Positions 11,143 to 22,390 of a DNA stretch of 40,228 bases are shown here, piece by piece. Position numbers and translations under genes: made by a program. This DNA is from Malacoraja senta (taxonomy: Eukaryota): positions 1-40,228 of the forward strand of contig JAXLNO010000631.1 in assembly GCA_038087875.1 (NCBI GenBank), read 5' to 3'. Within the stretch, counting starts at the first letter, position 1. Every line of letters starts with the position of its first letter. Under the pieces are notes generated by a model. It was not told where the DNA came from and did no database searches. It saw nothing but the letters and a program-made list of their open reading frames with translations.

Positions 11143-11225
11143 CAGTCTGAAGAAGGGTCTCGACCCGAAATGTCACACCCTTCTTCAGTCTGACCTGCTG
11201 AGTTACTCCAGCATTTTGTGTCTAT
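11143..11225 (+). mobile_element. Penelope-derived element with hammerhead motif (mutated antisense copy at 10980-11011)
   Basis: CAGTCTGAAGAAGGGTCTCGACCCGAAATGTCAC. Confidence 0.7.
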
Positions 11226-11766
11226 CCAACAATGGAGGCGCTCTCAGGCAGGAATGTGCCGTGATGCAGTCAAAATGAATCCCCCCCAGAACCAAGTCAT
11301 GCAGGTAAACGTTGCCTGTGCCCTTGGGGCAGTTGGCTAGCAAGGCGAAGAAACGTCGGGGGAGGAAACTTTGTGAGGGCAAGATTACGTGTGTTACTTC
11401 TCTGCCAATTTTCATTGTTTATTTGGTGCTGAATTAGAGAACAAAGTGTCCTTTGTTTTGTCAGTGCAGTGGCTGATGGAGACCGGATGCAGCTTAGGAG
11501 ATGTCTTGGATGGCAGCCACCGAATGGAAATGAGAAGCAGTTCCTTCTGCAAACCAGGATTTGCCGTTTGCGTAACAGACAGGCTGTTCCCTCTACACTG
11601 GTCCTAACACTGCCTGAATACATTCCATTAAAGTACTCCGTTGAAAATGCATTGCTTTGGCACTAGCTATCAGTGCCTGGTCCATCCTATAATTTAATTT
11701 GAAGGGTAAATATCATTCATGTCTGGAGCATCCTAAAGGATGCCTTTTGTACTAAAAACCAGGAAC

Positions 11767-11796
11767 GGGGCGGGGGGAGGGGGGGGGGGGGGGGAG
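11767..11796 (+). repeat. Poly-G tract
   Basis: GGGGCGGGGGGAG then a long G run. Confidence 0.85.
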
Positions 11797-11869
11797 ATTT
11801 CCGTAAATATCAATTGTATGTGAGGGGTTCCAGTGGATGCTTCTGCTCTAGTGCACGTGTGGCTCAGTG

Positions 11870-12081
11870 GGCATCACGGTGGCGCAGCGGTAGAGTTGCT
11901 GCCTCACAGCACCAGAGACCCGGGTTCCATCCAGACTACGGCGCTGTCTGTACGGAGTTTGCACCTTCTCCCCGTGACCCGCGTGGGTTTTCTCTGGGTG
12001 TTCCGGTTTCCTCCCACACTCCATGTTGGTCGGTGTGGGCAAGTTGGGCTTGAAGGGCCTGTTTCCATGCTGTATGATTCG
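11870..12081 (+). mobile_element. HE1 SINE with internal deletion and HER1-type tail
   Basis: Head and V-domain joined to TGTTGGTCGGTGTGGGCAAGTTGGGC. Confidence 0.8.
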
Positions 12082-12184
12082 AAGGTACACAAAAATGCTG
12101 GAGAAACTCAGCGGGTGCAGCAGCATCTATGGAGCGAAGGAAATAGGCAACGTTTCGGGCCGAAACCCTTCTTCAGACTTCAGA
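12082..12184 (-). mobile_element. Penelope-derived short element with hammerhead motif, 12-bp TSD
   Basis: TSD CTGTATGATTCG (12070-12081, 12185-12196); minus strand AGTCTGAAGAAGGGTTTCGGCCCGAAACGTTGCC. Confidence 0.85.
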
Positions 12185-12387
12185 CTGTATGATTCGGAGA
12201 ACTGTGAGACAGATATGGGAGAGGGCACCCTGATTTACTACAGTGGACCTAGGGATTGATTTCACAGGTGGAGCTGAAGATTGGGCATGTCCTGCTCTCA
12301 TTAAGTCAAGGAGAAAGCAATCTTTGGAGCCTTGGTGTATATTGCAAATAATGAATGTCTTTGTGATGTTTGAGGTTTGAATCTGTA

Positions 12388-12597
12388 AGTTCTCCCCGTG
12401 ACCTGCGTGGGTTTTCTCCGGGCGCTCCGGTTTCCTCCCACACTCCAAAGACGTGCAAGTCTGTAGGTTCATTGGCTTCTGTAAATTGTAAATTGTCCCT
12501 GGTGTGTGTAGGGTAGTGTTCGTGCACGGGGTGATAAGGGGTTGACGCGGACCTGGTGGGCCGAAGGGCCTGTTCCTGCACTCTATCTCTAAAGTAA
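12388..12597 (+). mobile_element. HE1 SINE 3' part
   Basis: V-domain and tail. Confidence 0.85.
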
Positions 12598-12824
12598 AGG
12601 CTCAGGGGGCAGGTAAACAACTTGCAGACTGGTGCTCACCATAAACGACCAGAGGATGAGCTCGGGTGATGCATGACTCAGCCTCAGGTGGATGGTCTGC
12701 TCCATCTAAAGCCATCCAGCCCCATTTTATATCCCTTCTGTTTGACGCTCAAAGCAAAGAGCTCATCAATAAACATCTGTAAGGTGAGGATCCAATGTAT
12801 CCTCTTCCCAACACCAAGGGTGTT

Positions 12825-13233
12825 CCCTTCCATCGAGGGGATCTATCGCAGTCCCTGCCTCAAAAGGCTGGCAGCATCATCAAGGACCCACACCATCCTG
12901 GCCACACACTCATCTCTCCGCTACCTTCAGGTAGAAGGTACAGGAGCCTGAAGACTGCAACGACCAGGTTCAGGAATAGCTACTTCCCCACAGCCATCAG
13001 GCTATTAAACTTGGCTCGGACAAAACTCTGAACATTAATAGCCCATTATCTGTTATTTGCACTTGATCAGTTTATTTATTCATGTGTGTATATATTTATA
13101 TAACGGTATATGGACACACTGATCTGTTTTGTAGTCAAATGCCTACTATGTTCTGTTGCGCTGAAGCAAAGCAAGAATTTAATTGGCCTATCAGGACACA
13201 TGACAATAAACTCTCTTGTATCTTGAATCTTGA
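12825..13233 (+). mobile_element. Rex1/Babar-type LINE 3' end
   Basis: AGSIIKDPHHPGHTLISPLPSGRRYRSLKTATTRFRNSYFPTAIRLLN; GACAATAAA and (CTTGAAT)n tail. Confidence 0.85.
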
Positions 13234-13239
13234 AGGGGA

Positions 13240-13520
13240 AGAACAATACCCGAGCCGGCTGCCCGCCCTTTTCCGGGTTACGTCCGCGCCCGGGTGGTGT
13301 TAGAAAGGGAACACGCCCTGTCCACGGGCACCCTGGGGGATTTCCGGGACCGCTGGGCACCGCGGGTGGGTGGAGTGTATCCTGGACAAGGATTGTAACA
13401 TCGTTGTATAGTAGTTTATTAAGGATATTTGTTTGTATTGTATTATGGTGGTGGGTTCTGGTTTGTTTTATTGTAGTGTAAATATTATTTTTTAATAATT
13501 GAATAAAGTGTGAAAAATAT
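13240..13520 (+). mobile_element. Tx1-type LINE 3' end
   Basis: Frameshifted F-GYVRARVVLEREHALSTGTLGDFRDRWAP; GT-rich UTR and AATAAA. Confidence 0.7.
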
Positions 13521-13524
13521 ACAT

Positions 13525-13685
13525 CTTCTAGATGCGCTGGGACGCATCCTCAGTTGGTGTGACTGGGGGTCATCGTGTGTTTCAGGTCTCACAACATCAG
13601 ACACCCTCGCCCAGGCGACCCAGCCGGGGTTGATCACGCCCCGACTTGCGTCCCAGCAGCGACCACCCACGGATCAGCCATCTTA
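13525..13685 (-). mobile_element. Probable HERO (R2-like) retroelement 3' end
   Basis: Minus strand ADPWVVAAGTQVGA* then TGATCAACCCCGGCTGGGTCGCCTGGG...GAAACAC; recognised from memory only. Confidence 0.55.
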
Positions 13686-13784
13686 GTAACCACTCTGCAG
13701 GGGTTGGGAGATTCTAGTGCGTGGAGGGACTGGGCTCTGTGGGGTGAGTCCTGGCCGGGCTCCTCCTGCGTTTTTTAATTTAAA

Positions 13785-13960
13785 AAAAGGGGGGAAGAAC
13801 AATAGAGGACCCGGTGTGCGGGGGGACCGCCGTGAGAGGGGGGGATACTTTGTAACATTGTCCGCACCCTTTATGTGGCGATTATTGGTATACCTTGGGT
13901 CTGCAAGCAAAGAATTTCACTGTGACTTGTCAACTGTGACACTATTAATTAATTCATTCA
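13785..13960 (+). mobile_element. Retroelement 3' UTR (Rex/L2-like)
   Basis: GCAAAGAATTTCACTGTG...TGTGAC, (ATTC)n end. Confidence 0.5.
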
Positions 13961-13964
13961 GTAT

Positions 13965-14285
13965 AGTAAGACCTGAGTGATCTCCTGGACAAGTGTCGAT
14001 CGCCTGGATTGGGGTCGGAGAGGAATTTCCCGGATTTTTTTCCCGAATTGGACCTGGGTTTTTATCCGTTTTTTGCCTCCCCCAGGAGATCACGCGGTTC
14101 TTGGGGTGGAGAGGGGTGATAGCGATATAAAGGGGAGGGTAGTGTCTTGTGTTCTGTGTCTTGTGTCTACTGTTTGTGGGTAAGGGTGTCTGTTTAGTGT
14201 TCAGCCATGAGCGAATGGCGGTGCGGGCTCGATGGGCTGGTGGTCTACTCTCGCACCTACTTTCTATGTTTCTATGTTTCTATTG
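13965..14285 (+). mobile_element. CR1-type 3' UTR variant
   Basis: GGGCTCGATGGGC...CACCTAC(TTTCTATG)n tail. Confidence 0.6.
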
Positions 14286-14391
14286 TATCTTTGGGTGGCA
14301 GAACCTCATACGCCTCACAGCATCAAATACCATTGAAAATTTGACACCAAGGACATCAATGGGAATGCAAGCATTTATTACCCATCCCCAT

Positions 14392-14698
14392 GGGCGGCAC
14401 GGTGGCGCAGCGGTAGAGTTGCTGCCTCACAGCGCCAGAGTCCCGGGTTCGATCCCGACCACGGGTGCTGTCCGTACGCAGTTCGTCCGTTCTCCCCCGT
14501 GACCTGCGTGGGTTTCTCCGAGATCTCCGGTTTCCTCCCACACTCCAAAGACGTACAGGTTTGCAGGTTAAGTGGCTTGGCATAAGTGTAAATTGTCCCC
14601 AATGTGTGCGGAATAGCGTCAATGTGCGGGGATCGCTGGTCGGCGCGGACTCGGTGGGCCGAAGGGCCTGTTTCCACGCTGTATCTCCAAACTAAACC
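14392..14698 (+). mobile_element. HE1 SINE, full length
   Basis: A-box, B-box GGTTCGATCCC, V-domain, tail. Confidence 0.92.
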
Positions 14699-14892
14699 AA
14701 AGATGGGTTGGGCTAAAATTCACCTTGGATGTTCACCAGTTCTCCATGATTGGTAAAAAGCGGTATTTTCTCAACACATAGTCAGACTGCAATTCCAATC
14801 AAGATTCATAGTGAGAAAGAAGTTTATACAGCAGGAAACTGCCACAGAGAAAACAGTTTAACGGTGGTTAAATTACATTAATGCATTAAGGT

Positions 14893-15110
14893 ATAAATGT
14901 AAATTATCCCTCGTGTGTGTAGGATAGTGTTAGTGTGCTGGGATCGCTGGTCAGCGCGGACTCTGTGTTTTCGCGCTGTATCTCTACTGTGTTCTATGCC
15001 TACTATGTTCTGTTGGTGCTGAAGCAAAGGAAGAATGTCATTGTCCTATCAGGGACACATGACAATAAACTCAACTTGAACTTGAACTTGAACTCTAAAC
15101 TTAACTAAAT
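14893..15110 (+). mobile_element. HE1 3' part with inserted Rex-type 3' tail (14990-15093)
   Basis: SINE tail split by GACAATAAA(CTTGAA)n. Confidence 0.7.
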
Positions 15111-15174
15111 TAAACAAAATAATTTAAGGCCCCTCAAACCGGCTTCCCCATTCAATGTCATGGCACTATGGATA

Positions 15175-15400
15175 CCCAGAGAGTTGTGAATCTGTGGGAT
15201 TCTCTGCCACAGAAGGCTGCGGAGGCCGATTCACTGGATGCTTTCAAGAGGGAGCTAGATTTAGCTCTTAGGGCTAACGGAATCAAGGGATATGGGGAGA
15301 AAGCAGGAACGGGGTACTAATTTTGGATGATCAGCCATGATCATATTGAATGGCGGTGCTGGCACGAAGGGCCGAATGACCCTACTCCTGCACCCAAGTT
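15175..15400 (+). mobile_element. CR1 3' fragment within an older minus-strand CR1 remnant (~15128-15720)
   Basis: CAGAGAGTTGTGAATCTGTGG...GATGATCAGCCATGATCATATTGAATGGCGG. Confidence 0.85.
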
Positions 15401-15737
15401 TCGACATTTCGATGATCCCGATAACCCTTATTTTCACTATGACAAAAAGATCTGTGGCCTCAGCTTTGAATATATCAATAGCCTTCCTGGGGATAGAAAA
15501 TTATAAGGATTCACCACCATCTGAGAGAATAAATATACCCACCTCTGTCTTGTATTCTGAGACTACAATTGCTACATTTAGATCCTGTCACCAAGGGAAA
15601 CACCCTCTCAGCATCTACTCTGTCAAGTGGCCTCAAAATCTTAGTTTCAATACTTATTTTTCACTTCTTATTTTTCCAGACTCCAGGGTTTGTGGACTCC
15701 ATCTAATCAGTGGTTCCTTGTGAGGCATAAGGCAACA

Positions 15738-16060
15738 CGGCACGGTGGCGCAGCGGTAGAGTTATTGCCTTACAATGCTTGACGCCTCAGAGACCTGGGT
15801 TCGATCCCGACTACGGGCGCTGTCTGTACGGAGCTTGCACGTTCTCCCCGTGACCCGCGTGGGTTTCCACCGAGATCTCCGGTTTCCTCCCGCACTCCAA
15901 AGACGTACAGGTTTGTAGGTTGATTGGCTTTGGTAAAGGTCAAAATTGTCCCCAGTGGGTGTAGGATGGTGTTGGCGTGCGGGGATCGCTGGTCGGGGCA
16001 GACTCGGTGGGCCGAAGGGCCTGTTTCCGTGCTGTATCTCTGAACTAAACTAAACGAAAC
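15738..16060 (+). mobile_element. HE1 SINE, full length
   Basis: Head, B-box, V-domain, tail. Confidence 0.9.
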
Positions 16061-16486
16061 ACAATTTGCATTCTCCAGTGAATAGTGGTCTAGAGCAGGA
16101 AGCTTGGATTATTTTTCCCTCCCGAGCCGAGGAGACCAGGACAGTATATATCATTAATCAAATTGATAGCTTAAATACACTCAAAGAGCTGCTTTGCAAA
16201 CCTGCTTCATCTTTATCCGACAAATAAACACATCATAAAACCTAATTTTTCAAACTGAGGGAAGGGAGAGTAGAGTTATGTTGTGTGCGGGGCTTTAATT
16301 ATTCCTGTATTATTGTAATGGTGAATGCAAGAGGGATGCAGTAAAAGCCCTTTTAGTGCCTTAAATAGACTAATTTGAATTGAGGATTAACATTTTATTT
16401 TAAATTCTCTTTATTATGAAGAACAAACAGCAGCCTATGTTTTTCAAAATGAAAGAAGATCACACCTAGAGTTTAAACCTTCCGAA

Positions 16487-16750
16487 TCCCCGCCGACCAG
16501 CGATCCCCGCACACTAACACTATCCCACACACACACACTAGGGACAATTGACGTTTATACCCAGCAGGTTAAACTCCAAACCTGCACGTCTTTGGAGCGT
16601 GGACGGAATCCGGAGCACCCGGAGAAAGCCCACGCGGGTCACGGGGAGAACGTGCAAACTCCCTACGGGCAGCGCCCGTGGTCGGGGATGGAACCCGGGC
16701 CTCTGGCGCCGTGAGGCGGCAAACTCCTACCCGCTGCGCCACCGTGCCGC
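16487..16750 (-). mobile_element. HE1 SINE
   Basis: Head and V-domain in reverse. Confidence 0.88.
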
Positions 16751-17426
16751 ACTTGAGCAGATTAAAAAAATAAGAATGAGTGGGAAATATCGGTGGGGAC
16801 ACTTGACCATCATTCGTAACGTTAAAGGTCCCAGAAAGATGGATTGGAATCTCCTTATGACAGTTTCTGGAATGCAACTGAATGAAGACCCATCATTGTC
16901 AGTGTCTCTGCAGTGTAATTTCCTTCCTGGCACAATGCATCTATCACGGGAGGTTAATGCAGGTAATATACCTGTCAGAGAACAATAGAAATGAAATCCC
17001 AAATGCTCTGAAGAGATAAGAAAGGATACTAAAAATGGACCACTTCCAAATTCTGTAGTTGGAAGCAGGACCCTTATGTTAGATTGGAATCTTCTATTAA
17101 CAAAGATAATGTATTATGTGAGATTCTGGTCTGTGCAGTCAAAACCCCTTAAGAACAAACAGATCATTCAACAGAAGCTACTACTTATCAGGAATTTACC
17201 TCTCTCTCACAAGCTGATCTCAACATTGATAGCTGGAAGTAAATTGCTGTTAAGCTGCTCATGTTTCAGTTGAGTGGTCCACAAATTGTAATGAGGTGCC
17301 TTCACTTTAATGATGGCAATAGAGACAGGGGAACGCTTCATCCAGTGAGAAACTGAACCCAAATCCCGAATGGAACGGCACCTCCAACATGTTATTGTCA
17401 CGTGCACGAGAATGGAACGTCCTAAG

Positions 17427-17560
17427 CAGTGGCGGACTGGGTCTAAAAATATTGGTTGCCAGGAGACACTTCATCAGGGGCCCACTTGATATAGGGGGCC
17501 CACTTCATCAGGGGCCCACTTGCCATCGGGCAAGCTGACACCCTGGCCAGTCCGCCACTG
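17427..17560. mobile_element. 134-bp hAT (Tip100-like) MITE
   Basis: Perfect 14-bp TIR CAGTGGCGGACTGG; 8-bp TSD GTCCTAAG/GTCCTAGG; three internal GGGGCCCACTT repeats. Confidence 0.9.
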
Positions 17561-17664
17561 GTCCTAGGTGAACCCCGCAAATTCAGTCCCGATTAGAAAG
17601 GTATTACTGGTCCAGTTAGGCCTGCAATAGATGCACAATAATAGCTGTGATTAGCCCAGGCATG

Positions 17665-17716
17665 CGCGTGTGGCTGTGTGTGTGTGTGCGTGTGGCTGTG
17701 GCTGTGCGTGTGTGTA
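17665..17716. repeat. Imperfect (TG)n microsatellite
   Basis: Alternating purine-pyrimidine tract. Confidence 0.8.
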
Positions 17717-17721
17717 CATTC

Positions 17722-19030
17722 ACTGTGTAGGTCCTGCCCTTGTCCGACGTCCCAAAATGCAACACCTCACACACTTCTCTGTATTAAACTCCATCAACCA
17801 TTCCTCTGCCCACCTGGCCAATCGATCCAGATCCTGCTGCAATCGTTCACAACCATCTTCACTATCTGCAAAACCGCCCACTTTTAGTATCATCGGCAAA
17901 CTTGCTAATCTTGCCTTGTATGTTCTCATCCAAATCATTGATGCAGATGGCAAACAGTAACGGGTCCAGCACCGAACCCTGAGGCACACCACTAGTCACA
18001 GGCCTCCAGTCTGAGAAGCAACCTTCCACCATCACCCTCTGCTTCCTTCCATGGGGCCAATTTGCTATCCATTCAGCTGTCTCTCCTTGGATCCCATGTG
18101 ATCTAACCTTCCAGAGCAGCCTACCATGCGGAACCTTGTCGAATGCCTTGCTGAAGTCCATGGACACAACATCTACAGCTCTGCCCTCATCAACCTTTTT
18201 GGTCACGTCTTCAAAAAAAACAATCAGATTTGTGAGACACCACCTCCCACGTACAAAACCATGCTGACTATCCCTAATCAGCCCTTGTCCATCTAAATGC
18301 CTGTATAACCTATCCCTCAGAATACTCTCTAGTAACTTTACAACTACAGATGTTAAGCTCACCGGCCTATAGTTCCCAGCATTTTCCCTTCTTGAAAAGA
18401 GGCACAACATTTGCCACCCACCAATCTTCTGGCACCTCTCCTGTATTTAAGGGCGACTCGTAAATTTCAACCAGTGCTCCTGTAATTTCCTCTCTGGTTT
18501 CCCACAATGTCCTCGGATATATCTGATCAGGCCCTGGAGACCTGTCCACCCTCATACACGACAGTACCTTCAGTACTTCTTCGACGGTAACACTGACTGC
18601 TCTCAAGACACTTCCATAGACTGTCCCAAGTTCCTCCGTCCTACTGTCTTTCTCCTCAGAGGAGAAATACTCATTGAGGACCTTGCCCATCTCCTGTGGC
18701 TCCACACAGAGGTGACCATTTTGATTCCTGAGAGGTCCCACTCTCTCTCTCTAGTTACGCTTTTACCCCCTTATGTATTTATAAAATCTTTTGGGATTGT
18801 CCTTAATGCTACCCACCAGAGCTATCTCCTGGCCCCTTTTTGCCCTTCTGATTTCCTTTTTCAGTTTATTCTTTAGTTCCCGAAACTCCTCCAGGGATCC
18901 ACTTGATCCCAGCTGCCTATACCTGTCCCATGCATCCGTCTTGTTTTTGACCAATGCCTCAATTTCCCTCGTCAGCCAAGCTTCCTTACGTTTGCCTGCC
19001 TTGCCCTTCACTCTAACGGGGACGCACATA
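17722..19030 (-). pseudogene. CR1 LINE ORF2 fragment incl. reverse transcriptase (frameshifted)
   Basis: [32 protein letters not shown] and FADD motifs spread over 4 frames. Confidence 0.95.
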
Positions 19031-19059
19031 CGGTATCCTCAACGTATATCTTTAGAACT

Positions 19060-19340
19060 TAGACCAGAGATACAGCGCAGAAACGGGCCCTTCGGCCCGT
19101 CGAGTCCGCGCCAACCATTGACCACCCCGTACATTAACACTACCCGACACACACTAGGGACAATTTATAATTTTTCTACCGATGCCATTTAACGTACTAA
19201 CCTGCACGTCTTCGGAGTGTGGGAGGAAACCGGAGTACCCGGAGAAAACCCACGCGGGTCACGGGGAGAACGTACAAACTCCGTACAAACAACACCCGTG
19301 GCCAGGATCGAACCCGGGTCCCTGCGTCACCATGCCACCC
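19060..19340 (-). mobile_element. HE1 SINE
   Basis: Tail, V-domain and B-box in reverse. Confidence 0.85.
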
Positions 19341-19904
19341 CTTCCTGGAGTCACCATTGCCATCAAAATTTGCCTTTTTAATTTCAGAGCACGTATCTTA
19401 AATCCCCGTGGTCAGCTTGGCTGGCTTCCAATCTGAACCGTGATTTCACTCGCAGAGATGCTGCAGAGAGAATCTGTCTCTTAATTACCCTATAATTTTC
19501 ATTTGCAAAAAGAAATTAATTATTTTCCCGTGGCCTTCTGTGAATCTACTCATGATGTGATTCCACAATGAAAGCATTACAACAGTCTTCGTTGAATGTG
19601 ATCCCAGTACTGTTCTTAACTACCATTAAGACTGTTTTCATTTCACTGCAATAATAGAATATTCTATAAAAGTTATAGATGGTCGGATAACTAAAAGGCT
19701 GTGAAACTGACATCTATAAACCACTCAAGTTTCCCCTCGTGAATTATGATATCATATTAACCCGCAGAGTGAATTATGGCTGTATTTGGAGAGCCAAGCC
19801 ACCCGTAGTTTGATACTTTAGACAACCACCCTTTGCACAAGTGGTCTTAGCAATGGGCCAGTTGTCTCTTGTGTTGAGTGGGCCCTATCCCCTGATCCAG
19901 GGTT

Positions 19905-20765
19905 GGCACGGTGGCGCAGCGGTAGAGATGCTGCCTCACAGCGCAAAAGACCCGGGTTCCATCCTTTCTACGGGCGCTGTCTGTACGGAGTTTGTACCTT
20001 CTCCCCGTGACCTGCGCGGGTTTTCTCCGAGATCTTCGGTTTCCTCCCACACTCCAAAGACGTACAGGTTTGTAGGTTGATTGGCTTCTGTAAATTGTCC
20101 CTAGTGTGTGTTAGATAGTTCACAGTCACACATTCACAAGTTATAGGCGTAGAATTATGCCATGGCATCTACCCTGCCATTCAATCATGGCTGATCTATC
20201 TCTGCCACCTAATCCCATTTTCCTGCCTTCTCCCCATAACCATTGACACCCGTTCCAATCAAGAATTTGTCTATCTCTGCCGTAAAGATATCCACTGACT
20301 TGGCCTCCACAGCCCTCTGTGGCAATGAGTTCCACAGATTCACCACCCTCTTACTAAAGCAGTTCCTCCTCACCTCCTTTCTAAAAGAGCGCCCTTCAAT
20401 TCTGAGGCTGTGCCCTCTGGTCCTAGACTCTCCCACCAGTGGAAACATCCTCTCCACATCCACTCTATCTATGCCTTTCATTGTTCTGTAAGTTTCAATG
20501 AGGTCCCCCCCACTCAACCTTCTAAACTCCAGCGAGTACAGGCCCAGTGCCGACAAACGCTCACCATTTGCTAACCCACTCATTCCTGGGATCATTCTTG
20601 TAAACCTCCTGTGGACCCTCTCCAGAGCCAGCACATCCTTCCTCAGCTATGGAGGCCAAATTTGCTCACTGTGTTGGCGTACGGGGTGATCGCTGGTCGG
20701 CACGGTGGACAGAAGGTCCTGTTTCCGTGCTGTATCTCTAACATCTAGAGTCTAAAGTAAAGTCT
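19905..20765 (+). mobile_element. HE1 SINE split by CR1 (19905-20110 + 20670-20765)
   Basis: SINE resumes at GTGTTGGCGTACGGGGTGATCGCTGGTCGG. Confidence 0.85.
20125..20668 (-). mobile_element. CR1 3' fragment
   Basis: LERVHRRFTRMIPG...RVVNLWNSLPQRAVEA. Confidence 0.93.
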
Positions 20766-20786
20766 GCTTTGGTGTACCCCTGCATC

Positions 20787-20900
20787 CAAGTTCAAGTTCA
20801 AGTTCAAGTTACATATATTGTCACATGCGCCAATTGGTGCCGTGAGATTTGAATTACCATACAGCCAAACGAATAAAAAGAACACAATACTCGATATAAT
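20787..20900 (-). mobile_element. Rex/L2-type 3' tail
   Basis: (CAAGTT)n followed by TATTGTCACATG. Confidence 0.55.
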
Positions 20901-20919
20901 TTTTTTTTAATTTTTTTTT

Positions 20920-21300
20920 ATTTTTTTATTTTTTTAGAAGTAAGTACAATAATGTGGTACCAAAGTACCTAATACTTATTGACATATTACATTTCATATA
21001 CAACTTCTTATTTTTAATTTAATAATAAAGCAAAAATAAGAAATGAAAGATTACAAAAAGAAAGATTGAGATGAAGTGTTGCGTGAGATAGCAAAATAGC
21101 CCTAGGAAAAAAAATGAGGAGAAAAAAAGAAGAGAAGAAAGGAAAAAAAAAAAAGAAGAGAGAAAGGAAAAAAAAAAAGAAGAGAAGAAAGGAAAAAGAA
21201 GAGAAGAAAGGAAAAAAAAAGAAAAGAGAAGAGGAAAGGAGATTGAAAGCGATATATCTATTTGATAATCCTGTTTCTGAACCATTATATACATGCTAGA
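20920..21300 (-). mobile_element. L1-type 3' UTR with polyA and low-complexity purine tract
   Basis: T-run then AGAAGTA, mirroring TACTTCTA+A-tail at ~9478; A/G repeats at 21107-21245. Confidence 0.6.
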
Positions 21301-21367
21301 ATTTAACATGAGCATGATGTTAATATAAATAACTGTAACTTATTGATCTTACCACTCACAAATTACT

Positions 21368-21497
21368 TCTTCTTCTTCTTTCGTGTGGCGTGCACAGCCT
21401 AAAGTTGTTGGACAACTTGTTCTATTTGATCTTCCGTTTGTGCACGTCGAGTTGATTGCATTAGTCGAACCACGTGAAGGTTGCAATCTTCCACCCC
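21368..21497 (-). mobile_element. 130-bp Vingi/ingi-like non-autonomous retroelement
   Basis: TSD CACAAATTACT/CACAAATGACT; 3' end CGCCACACGA(AAG)n; no Pol III boxes. Confidence 0.7.
21456..21497 (-). ncRNA. HDV/CPEB3-like ribozyme remnant (P1 3' strand missing)
   Basis: GGGGTGG-AAGA-TTGCA-ACC-TTCACGT-GGT-..-CTAA-TGCAA = P1, J1/2, P2, P3, L3, P3', J4/2, P2'. Confidence 0.65.
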
Positions 21498-21640
21498 CAC
21501 AAATGACTAAAGTGTTAAAAAGGATTGGATCATGAATTTACGGAGGATCCAAAGACTTGGAAAAGGTTTGCGGATGCGCACTTGAAGAGTCGTGCCCTCC
21601 AGGCCTCTGGTCCCGACTTTGGAGGGTGGGATTAGTCTGG

Positions 21641-22135
21641 GTCAAGTCAAGTCAAGTTTATTCGTCACATACAGATACGAGATGTGCAGTGAAATGAAAA
21701 GTGGCAATACTCGCGGATTTGTGCAAAAAACTACAAAACAGAATGGAACAGATTGGAACAGAATCACATATTCACATATTACATATTTGTGGGAGGAAAA
21801 AAAAGAAAAAACAGCAATTTTAAACAGTAAATTGGTACCGTAAAGTTAGTCCCTGGTGAGATAGGAGTTTACAGTCCTAATGGCCTCCGGGAAGAAACTC
21901 CTTCTCAACCTCTCCGTTCTCACAGCATGGCAACGGAGGCGTTTGCCTGACCGTAGCAGCTGGAACAGTCCGTTGCTGGGGGGGAAGGGGTCCCCCATGA
22001 TCTTATTGGCTCTGGATCTACACCTCCTGATGTATAGTTCCTGCAGTGGGGGCGAGTGTAGTTCCCATAGTGCGTTCGGCCGAACGCACTACTCTCTGCA
22101 GAGCCTTCTTGTCCTGGGCAGAGCAGTTCCCAAAC
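21641..22135 (-). mobile_element. Rex1/Babar-type LINE 3' fragment
   Basis: (TCAAG)n tail; minus-strand LFQLLRSGKRLR...SFFPEAIR region. Confidence 0.8.
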
Positions 22136-22390
22136 CATCTTTCCCAACCAACACAGAAACAATTGATCAAATGGCCTCTTTCCTTGTTGTAAATGTTCTC
22201 CTTCTTTTAGCAGGGAATCAAGGACAAAGGACCTCAAAATCTAAATTAGAGCCAAGTGATTTTAAAACCAGCATTTTAAAAGCGCGTAAGCAACAGAACC
22301 AGGCATGCTCTGTGGACTACTCCATTATTCAATACGATCAAGGTTGATTACCTTGATCAACCATCTCGTGGGAGAGTCTTAGATCAGAGG

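Noticed and set aside
16900..16970. Possible small exon (CTGCAG...GCAG/GTAAT)
   Set aside because: Weak polypyrimidine tract, unrecognised peptide and no partner exons
21019..21315. Phe/Ser-rich and Lys/Glu-rich ORFs
   Set aside because: Low-complexity tract in a LINE 3' UTR
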